Under the pieces are notes generated by a model. That model ran no database searches. It was given only the letters and a program-made list of their open reading frames with translations, and was not told where the DNA came from. A program made the position numbers and the translations under genes. 64,000 bases of DNA from Lama guanicoe (lineage: Eukaryota), in the NCBI GenBank assembly GCA_013239625.1, contig MU054323.1, positions 10,137,186 through 10,201,185 on the forward strand, written 5' to 3'. Positions 39,076 to 51,718 of the stretch are shown here, in pieces; position 1 is the stretch's first letter, and every line of letters begins with the position of its first letter.

Positions 39076-40061
39076 GTGAGAAAAATGAAGTTTATGTTTA
39101 TTCACAGGAACTTTTTATAATGTGCAGTGGTGTAGAGCCCCAGATTTTGTGTTACAGATGTGCGCTGACTGTAGCCCATGTTTTATTTCAAGGGGTTAAC
39201 CAGCCACCTTCTTGAGAGGGCAGGTTCATGGAAAGCTAAATTTGTTTTGCTGAGGATTTGCAATTTTAAAAAACCTCCTTCATTCCTCATTTGCAAACCC
39301 TATGAGTATGTGTAGGCTATTAGAAGTGGCGTTTGCAGCTAAGAACAGTGAGAGCAGCGAGCTTAATCTGTCATGCAAACAAAAGTAAAAATGCTCCCTG
39401 ATTGCTTCAGTCACATCCCAACTACATTAAATTTCCTGCCAGCAGGCACCCCATTCATTCCTCTACAAACCTAATGGAACCAAAATGGCTTTTTCCTCTG
39501 ATTTCTTTAGTTTTCAAAAATAGATAGGCGGTAGATCTTTGGGGGAAGTGAAGCTTCAAGGACTTATATATAATATACCTCCTCGCTGTTTCTTCTTAAG
39601 ACAGTGTACTTTTGTACTGGCTCGCTCTGGTTATGTGAAACGACCTAAGGTGCTTAGAGAAGCTGGCTTGGTATGCTTTTCAGTGGATGGGAAGTGGGGT
39701 ACTAATATTTAAATAGGAAGTAACACGTATGGTATAATCACATTGGTGAGCACAGATCTGTGATCACAGCCTGGGAGTCCCAGCTCGCCCCCTTCCAGCT
39801 GGGCTGTGTGACTACCTCCTGGCAAATGTAACAGTTTTCATATCCGTTTTCTTTCTCACTCTTGTTTTTTAATTGAATAATTACATGTAACGTTTGTGTT
39901 CATTTCCTTCTGTGATGTACTTCATAATTCTTTTCTTATTATTGATGATTTTATAGCATTTAGCATACAGTGTTTTGCAGTTTATAAACCATCTTCAATT
40001 AAATGTTGTCTCATTTGATCCTAGTCAGTCTTTGGTCAGGTTGGCTGGAAAAGGGTAACTA

Positions 40062-40555
40062 TAGGTGGTCCCTGACCTAGGATGGTTTGGCTGAGGATTT
40101 TTCGACTTTATGATGGTGCAAGAATGATGTGTGTACAGTAGAAACTGTACTTCGAATTTTGAATTTTGTTCTTTCCTCGGGCTAGCAGTGCCGAGAGCGA
40201 TATTCTCTCGTGATCTGTTCAGCCGCGGCGAGCCTCTGCCCCCAGCCAGCCATGTGATCACGAGGGGGAACAGCCCCATACACTTAAACAGCCCTTCTGG
40301 ACCCACTTGATCGTTCTGTTTTTCACTTTCAGGACACAGTATCCAATAGATTACATGAGGCCTTCAACCCTTTATGGTGAGATAGACTTTGTGTTAAATG
40401 ATTTTGCCCAACTGTAGACTGATGTAAGTGTTCTGAGCACGTGTAAGGTAGGAAAGGCCGAGCGATGACGTTAGGTAAGTTAGGTGTATTACATGAATTT
40501 CAACTTAAGATGATTTTATCAGGATGTAACCCCATCGTAAGTGGAGGAGGATCTG
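40062..40555 (-). mobile_element. MER47/Tigger5-like TcMar non-autonomous transposon
   Basis: Degenerate TIRs (taggtggtccctgacctaggatgg / ccatcgtaagtggaggaggatctg) flanked by TA on both sides. Confidence 0.65.
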
Positions 40556-40731
40556 TATTTACATTCCTTGAGCATTTAATAAGTGGTAGGCTCTGTACCG
40601 TGTACTTTCAATGCATATCTCATTAATCTCCCCCAAACCCAATGGGGTGTAAGGTATTGTGATCATTCCTATTTTGCAGGTAGAGAAAAGTTTCAAGAGA
40701 TACAGTAACTTAGGTAAAGTCATAGAGCTAG

Positions 40732-41301
40732 TGTAGGAGATGAAAAACTTGTCCTCTGTCCTCTTAGATTCACTAGCTGGGCTGGGGGTGTGTCTGTGAA
40801 TTAAACTGATGACAGATAGATGAACAGGAGAAAAATCATACACATTTATTAAATTTTAATTTTACACGCATGGGGCATCACAGAAAGCAGTGAATACCCA
40901 AAGGAGTGGTGAGATTGCAGAGTTTATGGACCATCTTAATAGGGGAAAAGGAGGGAGAGAATGGCCACTTTTGGGAGAGGAAATGATGTTTAGGAAAGAT
41001 CAGTAGGTCCTTAGGAAAATGGATGGGGATGTGATGGTTTGTGACACTGCCTCTCTGGGTGTGGTGTTAACTCCTTGTCTCCTCTCCTGTGAAGAGAGCC
41101 CGTCTTCCTACTTGACGAAACCCCTGGTGAGGGGATTTATGACAATTGAGTTCTTTTTTTTCCGGGCGATCTGTTTTAGGCAGATAAGGGGAGTTCAGAG
41201 AAAGCCTCTTTGTGCATTTGTTGATTCTCAAACGTCTTCAGCTCAAAATAATCCTTACTCCAGAGCGGCTTGTTTTGGACAGTGTATTTTGATTTTCCCC
41301 A
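40732..41301 (-). mobile_element. ERV1-class solo LTR nested in a MIR
   Basis: TG...CA termini with a perfect 4-bp TSD CTAG (40728-40731 and 41302-41305); TTTATT near 40845; MIR sequence on both sides. Confidence 0.8.
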
Positions 41302-41419
41302 CTAGTTAATGGTGGAGCTGGACTCAGCCCAGGTTTGTTATTTTGTTGTTGTTTTTTCCCTAAGCCCTTGCTTTAAGACAGTTTGCTGTTTTTCCAGTAG
41401 TGATTTTATAAATGAAGAA

Positions 41420-41660
41420 AAAGAGCTAATAGCTAATAGCACTCATATATGGAGGCCCTGTTTTAAGTGCTTTGTGTGCGTTGTTGACTCCCCTGCCGCA
41501 GCCCTGTGTGTCAGGCCCTGTAGTCATCTCTGTTTCACAGGTGGGGAAAGTAGGAAACAGAGAGGTTAAGTGAGTTGTGCAGTTGTGCACAGCGCTCAAG
41601 TGGGGATTTGAGCCCAGGCAGTCTGATATCAGAATGTGTGCTCTTAACCATTACCCTATA
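41420..41660 (-). mobile_element. MIR SINE
   Basis: tttcacaggtggggaaagtaggaaacagagaggttaagtga...gggatttgagcccaggcagtctga. Confidence 0.7.
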
Positions 41661-42338
41661 ATGATTAAAAGAGGCTCAGTGACTTTCTTCAGGACCTATA
41701 TCTTGTAAATAATTGATTTGGAAATAAAATCCATACTAAGTCACCAGTCAGTCTTCTGGGTTCTCATATTACTTTGAACAAATCTTCATTAACACATTGC
41801 TGCAATCTCTTAGAAGTTTTATCTGTCTCCTAGTCATGAGGACTGGAATTCTCCATTTCATGTTTGATTACCCAAGGGACATAGTTTGGCACAGTAAATA
41901 TTGATCAAATCTCATTCAGTGTTTTTTATGCTGTAATAGCTTTATTCTCTGTTATATTGTGGAACAACTTTCTCTGTCCTGGTTTTATCTTCTTTTTCTT
42001 CCTTTGTTTATGGAACACTTTTTTTCTTTTTTTTTTTTTTGCCATGTACTTGGTCTTCTTTAAGGTGATTCGTGTAAAAGCAGCCCCTTGTCTTAGAAGA
42101 AGCGGGGCTTTCTCTCTAAATGAACTGCTGTCTCCATCCAGCTGTCTTCCTGTCGTCTTCTGATTGTCTCATTCATCATCATCAAATACTATTAAGTGTC
42201 TTTTAGCACTTTGTGCTGTGCTAGGCATTCTATAAGCAAATAAAACAGAGATGGTGCCTGATTTTGGGAAGTTTCCAATTTAAACCAGCTTTGGAGCTCT
42301 TTAAAGACACCACTAATCTTCAAGAGGGAAGAATTTTA

Positions 42339-43899
42339 TTTTATTTTAAAAATTCATTTATTTTAAGCAACTTTATTGCGGTATGATTTCTGTACAGGAA
42401 ACCACACATGTTTCAGATGTACAATTTGATGAATTTTGATAGATGTATATATACCCCTATGAAACCACTGCCACAATCAACATATCCAGCATTTCCATCA
42501 CTCCCCAAGAGGTGCAAATTTCAAACTCCTAATTTATCCCTTCCCACCCCTTTTACTTCCTGGTAACCATAAATCTGTTCTCTATGTCTGTGAGTCTATT
42601 TCTGTTTTGTAAAGAAGTTCATTTGTGTCTTTTTTTAAGATTCCACATTTAAGCGATATCATGTGGTATTTTTCTTTCTCTTTCTGGCTTACTTCACTTA
42701 GAATGATTATCTCCAGGTCCATCCATGTTGCTGCAAATGGCATTATTTTATTTTTTTAATGGCTGAGTAGTATTCCATTGTGTATATATATACACCATAT
42801 CTTTATCCAGTCATCTGTCAATAGACATTTAGGTTGTTTCCATGTCTTGGCTATTGTAAATAGTGCTGCTGTGGACGTGCATTGGGGCACATGTGTCTTT
42901 TCGAATTATATTTTTCTCTGGGTATGTGTCCAGGAGTGGGATTGCTGGATCATATGATAAGTTTATTTTTATATTTTTAAGGAACCTCCGTATTGTCTTC
43001 CATAGTGGCTGTACCAATTACATTCCCACCAACACTGTAGGAGGGTTCCTCTTTCTCCACACCCTCTCCAGTATTTATTATATATAAACTTTTTAATGAT
43101 GGCCATTATGACAGGTGTGAGGTGATATCTCATTGTAGTTGTGATTTGCATCTCTCTAACAATTAGCAATGTTGAGCATCTTTTCATGTGCTTATTGACC
43201 ATCTGTCTGTCTTTGGAGCAATGTCTGTTCACATCTGCCCATTTTTTGGATTGGGTTCCTTGTTTGTTTTTTTGGGGGGTTTTTTTTGGTTTTTTTTTTT
43301 AATATATTAAGCTGTATGAGCTGTTTGTGTATTTTAGAAATTAGTCCCTTGTCAGTTGCATCATTTGCAAATGTTTTCTCCCATTCTTTAGGTTGTCTTT
43401 TCATTTTGTTGATGGTATCCTTAGCTGTGCAAAAGCTTTTAAGTTTAATTAGGTCCCATTTGTTTATTTTTGCTTTTATTTCCATTACTCTAGGAGCTGG
43501 TTCAAAAAACATATTGCTGTGATTTATGTCCAAGAGTGTTCTGCCTATGTTTTCCTATAGTAGTTTTATAGTATCTGGTCTTACATTTAGGCCTTTAATC
43601 CATTTTGAGTTCATTTTTGTATACGGTGTTAGAGAATGTTCTGATTTCAGTCTTTCACATGTAGCTGTCCAGTTTTCCCAGCACCACTTATTGAAGAGAT
43701 TATCTTTTCTTCATTGCATATTCTTGCCTCCTTTGTTGTAGGTTAATTGACCCTAAGTGTGTGGGTTTGTTTCTGGACTTTCTGTCCTGTTCCATTGATT
43801 TATGTGTCTGTTTTTGTGCCAGTACCATACTGTTTTGATTACTGTACCTCTGTGGTATAGTCTGAAGTCAGGGAATGTGATTCCCCCAGCCCCATTCTC
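42339..43899 (-). mobile_element. 5'-truncated L1 (ORF2 C-terminus and 3' UTR), frameshifted, with an atypical 3' end
   Basis: ORF2 peptides [42 protein letters not shown] and VQPLWK...YDPAIPLL. TSD-like caagagggaagaatttta / caagaagaaagaatttta at 42321 and 43900. Confidence 0.9.
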
Positions 43900-45138
43900 C
43901 AAGAAGAAAGAATTTTAAACTCGGGACTCCTGAGAACAGTCAGTCATGTAGTGACCAGTCACAACCTCACCTTAAATTGCTCCCCACATTGTAGCTGGCC
44001 TTTTTTTTTTTTTTTCAACTTTTCCATTAAAAACATGTGCCTCCTGTCCTCGAATCTTTCTATGTGTTATTTCCTCTTCTTGGATGGCTTTTTACTATCA
44101 CCCAACTATCATCTAGTTAATACCTTTCCTTCTGTTAACATATAAATCAAACAATATTTCTTTAGAGAAATTCTAAGACTCACTGACTAGATCTAGTCTT
44201 ATCTATCTGTCCATTTTTTGCTTAAGTGGTCTTTGTCAGCATAGTATTAATTTTCTTGTTCTTGGTTCATACCATTAGGTACTTACTAGTAATGAACTGA
44301 TCACTCTTAGAATTAAGTTCTTCTCAACTCTTCATTACAACTTAATTCAAGTATCTGTCCTCGTCATTGAGTCATTCTTTGCATTCATCAATCTCTCATT
44401 GTTTGCTATATGTTATATATCATGTAAAAATGATCCATATGAAGTGCATGATAAAATTGCAAATATTGCCAAGAGTTAGAGGATTTGTTTATGGTACCAA
44501 TGTGTGCTGGAGCAAGTGATTGATAGAATGAAGGCTTTGCAGATTTAGGTCAGTAAACTATTGGGAGAAAATGAGACTGTTTTATAGAATTGGCTTTTTA
44601 AAAATAAAGAATGGTTTGAATATCAAAAAAATGTAGACAGACCTGTCGGGAAAGGGAAAATGACCTACATGATTGTGCTTAGAGTCAAGTATAAAGTAAA
44701 AGATGTTGAATTGTATTAGCCAAACAGGTTTATTAGAAAAATCACGTATATATACAGACTCAGCTGATACATTTTTTCCCAACATAAAAATGTGATGTTT
44801 TCACAATTACAATCTAACAATTACTACATTTAGCATAAGATAAAAATTTCACATTTTTTAGTTTTATCTTTGAAGTCAGGCCCCTATTTGAAATGAATTC
44901 ACTTGAAGTTGACTTTTTCTGTACTTATTATCTTTACATAAAAAAGACTTCTGTCTTATTATTGCCTCTGTCTGGTGCTAGATTGAAGTTCATTCCTGGC
45001 TCATAAAAGATGCTCTGTAAATGTTGAATGAGTGAAACAAGAAATAACCAATGGCATGAAACCCTCAGTTAAGTGCCAGTCATAAATCTGAAGACCAGCT
45101 ACTTCTAATGGGGTTTGCATTATTTGTTTTATTCACAG

Positions 45139-45203
45139 AGTAACAGATTCCCTGGATACTCTTTCAGAAATTTCTTCAAATAAACAGAATCATTCTTATC
45201 CTG
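45139..45203 (+). CDS. CLIP4: CLIP4 exon 14 (VTDSLDTLSEISSNKQNHSYP)
   Basis: cacag| acceptor and CTG|gtaaga donor; phase 2-1 fits both neighbours. Confidence 0.93.
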
Positions 45204-45259
45204 GTAAGATCACACAGTTTTATGTTCCTAAGAATTATTCCTTTGCTTTTATTCATTGA

Positions 45260-46300
45260 AAAAATTTTATTGTGAAGTGTATATGTATACAAAAGAGTAT
45301 ATGAAATATATTTATATAGTTCATGTAATCATAAAGCAACATCTATTACCTACTGCATAGCTGAAGAAGATGATTACTTGTATGTACTGTAGAACCCCCT
45401 GAGTATCCCCCAGTCTCACCTGCCTCCCTTTTCATATAGTCTGACCTCAAGTTATGCATCTTGAATTTTATGTTAATTCCTTTGATTTTCTTTATGTCTT
45501 TCTCCCATATATAGATATGTTAATAATTAATGTTTAGATTTGATTGTTTGCTATTTGGTTATTTAGTGGTCCATTAAAATACATTATTCACTCTCTATTT
45601 GATGGATATTTGGGTTATATCCTGTTTGTCACTATGCTGTTGTGCACATTTGCAAAAGCGTCTCTAGCTAGGATTGCTGGCACAAGGTGTGCCCATCTCT
45701 TCAGTCTTCCTTGATATGCCAGACTGTCTGCGTGGGCAGTGGATGAGAGTCTCTGCTGCTCTTCACCTCACCAGCACTAGTCCTGTTTGATTTGGAAGTC
45801 TTTGTGCATCTGTTGGATGTAAATGGTATCTCCTTGTGGTTTTAATTTGCATTTTCCAGATTGCAAATGAGGTTGAGCTTGTGCTCATGTTTATGTACCA
45901 CATGCGTTCCCTGTTTTATGACGTGCCTATTCAAGTCTGCTGCTCACTTTTTTTTTTTTTTTTGGTTGGTTGGTTTCTACCTTATGAGTTTGTAGTTTTC
46001 TTTATGTATTTTGGACACCAATATTTTGTCAGTTTTGTTGCAGATATCTTGCCCAGTTTGTGACTTATCTTTTGCCCTCCTCCCTTTTTGGTGTCTTTTG
46101 TTGAGCAGATGTTTTTAATTTTTAACTGTTAGCAAAACCATTATTTTTTCCATGTTTTGTCTTAAGAAAACTCTTCCTAAATCAGATATCATAAAGATAT
46201 TTTCCTATATTGCTTTCTAAGTTTTTTATATTTTTGCTTTCCGTGTTTGTCACTTTACCTGGAATTGACTTTGTGTATAGTAAGGATCTAGTGTCATTTT
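45260..46300 (-). mobile_element. Old L1ME-like fragment
   Basis: gatggatatttgggtt...tgtggttttaatttgcatttt are antisense L1 motifs. Confidence 0.6.
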
Positions 46301-46433
46301 TTTCCATATGGTTAACCACCTATGAAAGAGTGATTTGTATAATACTAGTGCTTAAATATTTGTTGAGATTCATTTCATGGACCATGGGTTTTGGCCATTC
46401 TGATAGATGTGTACTAGTATCTTGTTGTTTTAA

Positions 46434-46509
46434 TTATTACTATTTTTTAATTGATGTATACTCAGTTATGATGTGTCATTTTCTGGTGTACAGCACGTTT
46501 CAGTCATAC
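46434..46509 (-). mobile_element. Short young L1 3' stub
   Basis: ttaattgatgtata...tttctggtgtacagca...cagtcata, flanked by the 11-bp TSD tgttgttttaa at 46423 and 46510. Confidence 0.65.
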
Positions 46510-46546
46510 TGTTGTTTTAAGTTGAAACTCCCTAATGACTTGATGT

Positions 46547-46939
46547 TGTATTGGTTTGCTAGGGCTAGCAAAACAAAGTACTGCATGGGATGGTTTAAAT
46601 AACAAAAATCTATTCTCTCAGAATTCTGAAGGCTGGATGTCTGAGATCAAGGAGTTGGCAGGGTTGATTTCTTTCTTTTCAGGCCTCTCTTTCCCTATAG
46701 AAGGCCACCTTCCTCCCATGTCTTCACAGGATCTTTTCCTCTGTGTGTGTCTGTGTCCTAATCTCTTCTTACAAGGACACCAGTCATGTTGGATTAGGGC
46801 CCCACCCACACGAACTCGTTTTAACTTAATTACCACTGTAAAGACCCTGTCTCCAAATACAGGCCTGTTCTGAGGAACTGGGGGGTTAGAATTTCAACAT
46901 GTGGATTTTAGGGATGGGGACACGATTCAGCCCATACCA
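46547..46939 (-). mobile_element. MLT1-type MaLR solo LTR nested in an L1
   Basis: tgtattggtttgctagggct...aggacaccagtcatgttggattagggccc...attcagcccatacca; 5-bp TSD gatgt/gatgc. Confidence 0.8.
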
Positions 46940-46944
46940 GATGC

Positions 46945-49400
46945 TGAGGGTCTTTGCGTATACTTATTTGCCATCTTACGTCTTTGGTAAATTGTCCATT
47001 CATATCTTTTTCCCATTTTAAAGTTGTGTTTGCTGTTTTCTTACTGTTTTAAGAGTTTTATATTTTGGATACTGGACTTTCATCAGGATGTGTTTTGCAA
47101 CTACTTTCTCCCCATCTGTGGCTTGTCTTTTCATTGTCCTAACAGTCTCTATCACAGAAGTTTTTGATTTTAATGAAGTCCAAGTTATCAGGTTGTTTTT
47201 TTTTTTTTTCATGACTTGTGCTTTTGTTGTATCTGAAATGTCGTCACCAAACCCACGGTCACCCTGATTTTCTCCTACGTTATCTTCTAGGAGCTTTATA
47301 TTTTTGCTGTTATCCATTTATATCTATGACACATTGAGTTAATTTTTGTGAAAAGTGTGAGGTCTGTGTCTAGATTCATTGTTTTGCATGTGAATGTTTA
47401 GTTACTCCAGCATATTTGTTGAAAAGGCTGTTCTTTCTCTATTGAATTGTCTTTGCTCTTTTGTCAAAGATCAGTTGACTGTATTTTTGTGGGTCTATTT
47501 CTGGGCTCTCTGTTCTGTTCTGTTGATATATTTGTCTTTTCTTTTGCTAATACCACAGTATTTTGATTACTGTAGCTTTATAGTAATTCTTCAGGTTTAG
47601 TAGTGTCAATATGCTGACTTTGATCTTCTCCCTCCATATTGTGCTGGTTGTTCTGGGCGCTCTGCATTTCCATATAAACTTTACAACAAGTTTGTTGATG
47701 TCCACAAAATAATTTGCTGGGATTTTGATTGGGATTGCAATCAATGTATGGATCAAATTGGGAAGAACTGACATTTTAACAATATTGAATTTTTGATCCA
47801 TGAACATGGAATACCTCTGTATCTACTTAAATCTTCTTTGAGTTCTTTCATCAAAGTTTTACTATTTTGCTAATGTAGATTTTATACATTTTTTATTAGA
47901 TTTATACTTACATGTTTCATTTTTTGGTGTTAATGTAAATGGTACTGCTTTATAATAATTCTTTTTACCTTGTATCAGCCTTCTTGTGGTTAAGTATTTG
48001 CCTAAAAAATCTTTTTCTAGCCATTGCCTTAACTTTTCTATGTCCTTATACTTTTGGAATGTTTTCTAAATAGAATGTAATTGGATTTTACTTTAAAAAA
48101 CAATTTGGTCTGACAATCTTTGTCTTTTAACCTGAGCATTTCACCCATTTGCATTCATTGTAACTACTAATATATTTGGATTTATTTATATTTTATTTAT
48201 TTTCTAATTTTTCAACTTTTTTGTACTTAAATGTTTTTCTTTTTTGACACCATTCCTGTTATATTCCTATCCCCTCTTTTCTTTCCCATTTTCTTTTCTA
48301 TTTGTATGTGCTCTCTCCCAAATAACAAATCCTTAGAAACTTAGTTATTCAGTTTCTACTTGATTTCCCCCACAAATTTTGCATCATTATAATAGTTTTT
48401 ATATAATCAACATTTATTTAATTTGCTCACACATATTTACTAATATCTTTAGTCATTAGTCCTCAGAACTTTTACTTGGGATAATTTTGTTTCTACTTCA
48501 TGTATATTCTTAAATTTCCCTTAGAAAGAGACTGTTGGTAGCGAACTCTCTCAGGTTTTGTCTGTCTTTTCTAATGATAGTTTTACTGGGTAAAACTAAA
48601 ACTTGGTGACATTTTTAGTTTGAAAGATATTTTCTCCCTGCACATTGACAATATAGTCTACTGTTTTCTGTCTTCTGTTGAATTTTTGAGAAGTCATCTG
48701 TGAGTCTGTCTAATCCATACTGTTGTAGGTGGCTTTTCTCTTTTTGACTTGACTGCCTTTGAAGACTGCTGCTTCTCTATTTCCTTTGTGCCGTGCAGTT
48801 TCACTGTGATGTGTCTAGGTGGAGATTTCCTTTTGTTTATCCTATTTGGTGTCATGGGTCTTCCTGAACCTAGGAATTAGTATATTTGATTAACTTTTAA
48901 AAATTCCTGTCCATATGTTGAAAATACTGCTTTCTTCATACTCTTTTTATCTCCTTCTGAAACTCTGATAAGCGGTGTAGTCCACTTTTCCCCTCTTTCC
49001 ATGCCTCATTCATGTCTTTTACAATTTTGTCTCTGGACTGCGTTCTGGATATCTTCAGAGCTTTCCTTACCTTTCTTGAGTCTTTCTTCCGTTATGTTTA
49101 TTCTACTCCTTAATCCAACCATAGTTTTTTAATTATAAATTTTTCATTTCTTTTTTCTTTTTGCAGATCTGGTTGTTACTTATTTACACTTATTCTTTCC
49201 CCTGTTTTTATGCTTTTTTATATTTTGAAACATTTTAAGTATTATTACCTCTGTTTATTAATTCGGTATCTGAAGTCTTTGTCTTATTCTGCCATCTCTT
49301 TTCTGTTGAGCGTAACTTATGGTGCCTTTTCTTGTCAGTTTTGTAATGTATTATTGTGAGATGCTTCTTTAATTCAGAATTTAACATATGGAAATTCTTT
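46945..49400 (-). mobile_element. Old L1 fragments (ORF2 to about 47950, then ORF1/5'-like)
   Basis: ORF2 peptides NIKLLEDNVGEN and NIVKMSVLPNLIHTLIAIPIKIPA...YYKATVIKILWY in ORFs 47018..47317 and 47547..47807. Confidence 0.7.
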
Positions 49401-49434
49401 GAGGCCTGGGCCACTGTCTGCAGAAAAGATTATA

Positions 49435-51718
49435 CGGGCATAACTTGTCTTATTGTGCTTTGCTTTTTTGTGCTTTGCAGATACTGCATTTTTTTAAAAC
49501 AAATTGCAGGTTTGTGGCAACCTTGTAGTGAGCAAGTCTATCAGCACTATTTTTCCAACACCATTTGCTCACTTCATGTCTCTAGGTTGCATTTTGGTGA
49601 TTCTCACAATGTTTCAAACTTTTCCATTATTATTATATTTGCTATGGCCTGTGATGGGTAATCTTTGATGTTACTATTGTAATTGTTGTGGGGGTACCAT
49701 GAAATGTGCTCATATTAAATGGCAAACTTAATCCATAAATGTGTATTCAGATTGCTCCACCAACTGGCCGTTTCCCTATCTCTCTCCCCCTCCTTGGGCC
49801 TACCTATTCCCTGAAACACAACAATATTCAAATTAGGCCAATTAATAACCCTTCAGTGACCTCTGAGTGTTCAGGTTAAAGGCAGAGTCGCATGTCTCTC
49901 ACTTTAAATCAAAAGCTAGAAATGATTAAGCTTATGAGGAAGGCATGTGGAAAGCCAAGACAGGCTGAAAGCTAGGTCTTTTGTGCCAAACCGTTAGCCA
50001 GGTTGTGAATGCAAAGGAAGAGTTCCTGAGGGAAATGAAAAGTGCTACTCCAGCAAGTGCACAGATGATAAGAAACAGCCTTATTGCTGATATGGAGAAA
50101 GTTTCAGTGGTCTCAACAGAAGATCAAACCAACCACAGCATTCCCAGAAGCCAGAGCCTAATCCAGAGCAAGGCCCTAACTCTCTCCAATTCTGCAAAGG
50201 CTGAGGGAGGTGAAGAAGTTACAGAGGAAAAGTTTGAAGCTAGCAGAGGTTGGTTCATGAAGTTTAAGGAAAGACGCCATCTCCATAACATCAGAGTGCA
50301 AGGTGAAGCAGCAGGTGCTGATGTAGAAGCTGCAGCAAGTGATCCAGAAGATCTAAGATCATTAATGAAGGTGGCCACACTAATAACAGATTTTCTATGG
50401 AGATGAAACAGCTTCATATTGGAAGAAGATGCCATCTAGGACTTTCACAGCTAGAGAGGAGAAGTCAATGTCAGGCTTCAAAAGAAAGGCTGACTTTCTT
50501 GTTAGTGGCCAGTGCAGCTGGTGACGTTAAGTTGAAGCCACTGCTCATTTACCATTCCGAAACTCCTAGGGCTCTGAAGAATGATACTAAGTCTGCTCTG
50601 CCTGTGCTCCATAAATGGAACAATAAAGCCTGGACAACACATATATGTATGACATGGCTTATTGAATATTCTAAGCTCACTACTGAGACTGCTCATAAGA
50701 AAAAGATTGCTTTCGAAATAGTACTGCTCATTGACAATAAGAGAGTATTGACTTCCACGTCTTATTGTTTAAGAAATACTTTTCGTAAGGCTACAGCTGC
50801 CATAGGTAGTGATTCCTCTGTTGGATCTGGGCAAAGTCAATTCAAAACCTCCTGGAAAGGCTTCACCATTCTAGATGTCACTAAGGACATTCATAATTCA
50901 TGGGAGGAGGCTGAAATACCAGCAGTAACAGGAGTTTGGAGACGCTGACTCCATCCCTTGTGAATGACTTCGAGGGCCTCACGGCTTCAGGGGAGAGGAG
51001 GTAACTGCAGATGTGGCAGAACTAGCAAGAGAACTAGAAGTGGAGCCGGAAGATGTGACTGAATTGCTGCAGTCTCACAGTATAAAACTTGAACAGATGA
51101 GTCGCTGCTTATGGATGAGCAAAGAAAGTGGTTTCTTGAGATGGAAGCTACTCCTGGCGAAGATGCTGTGAAGATTGTTGAAATGGCAACAAAGGATTTA
51201 GAATATTACGTGAACTTAGTTGATAAAGCAGCAGTAGGGTTTGAGTGGATTGACTCCAATTTTGAAAGAGTTCTTCTGTGGTTAAAGTGCTATCAAACCG
51301 CACTGCATGCTACAGAGAAATTGTGCGTGAAGGGAAGAGTCAGTCAATGCGTCAGACTTCCTTGTTGTCTTATTTTAAGAAATTGCCACAGCAGCCCCGG
51401 TTTTTAGCAGCCACCACCCTGATCTGTCAGCAGCCATCAACATCGAAGCAAGACCCTCTACCAGCAAAAAGATTTCAACTCACTGAAGGCTCAGATGATG
51501 GTTAGCATTTTTTTTTAGCAATATAGTATTTTTAAATTAAGATATGTGTGTTTTTTTAAAAATATAATGCTGTTGCATACTTACTAGAACTACAGTGTAG
51601 TGTGAACATAACTTTTTTATGTACCGGGAAACCATAAATCCATGACTCGCTTTGTTGAAATACTTGCTTTATTGTGGTGGTCTGGAATCGACCCTGCAGT
51701 ACCTCCGAGGTGTGCCTG
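49435..51718 (+). mobile_element. Near full-length Tigger1 (TcMar/pogo) DNA transposon with a decayed transposase
   Basis: TIRs cgggcataacttg...cgaggtgtgcctg with TA at the left end. CENP-B-type HTH ([17 protein letters not shown]) and DDE-region peptides (SKERLTFLL...KLKPLLIYHSETPRALK) are split across ORFs 49981, 50397, 51111 and 51278. Confidence 0.9.

Noticed and set aside
42829..43533. Active L1 ORF2
   Set aside because: It is 5'-truncated and split over three frames.
49981..50948. Functional or domesticated TIGD-like gene
   Set aside because: The frames are broken by frameshifts and a deletion in the catalytic region, and the TIRs are still present, as expected for a decayed Tigger1.
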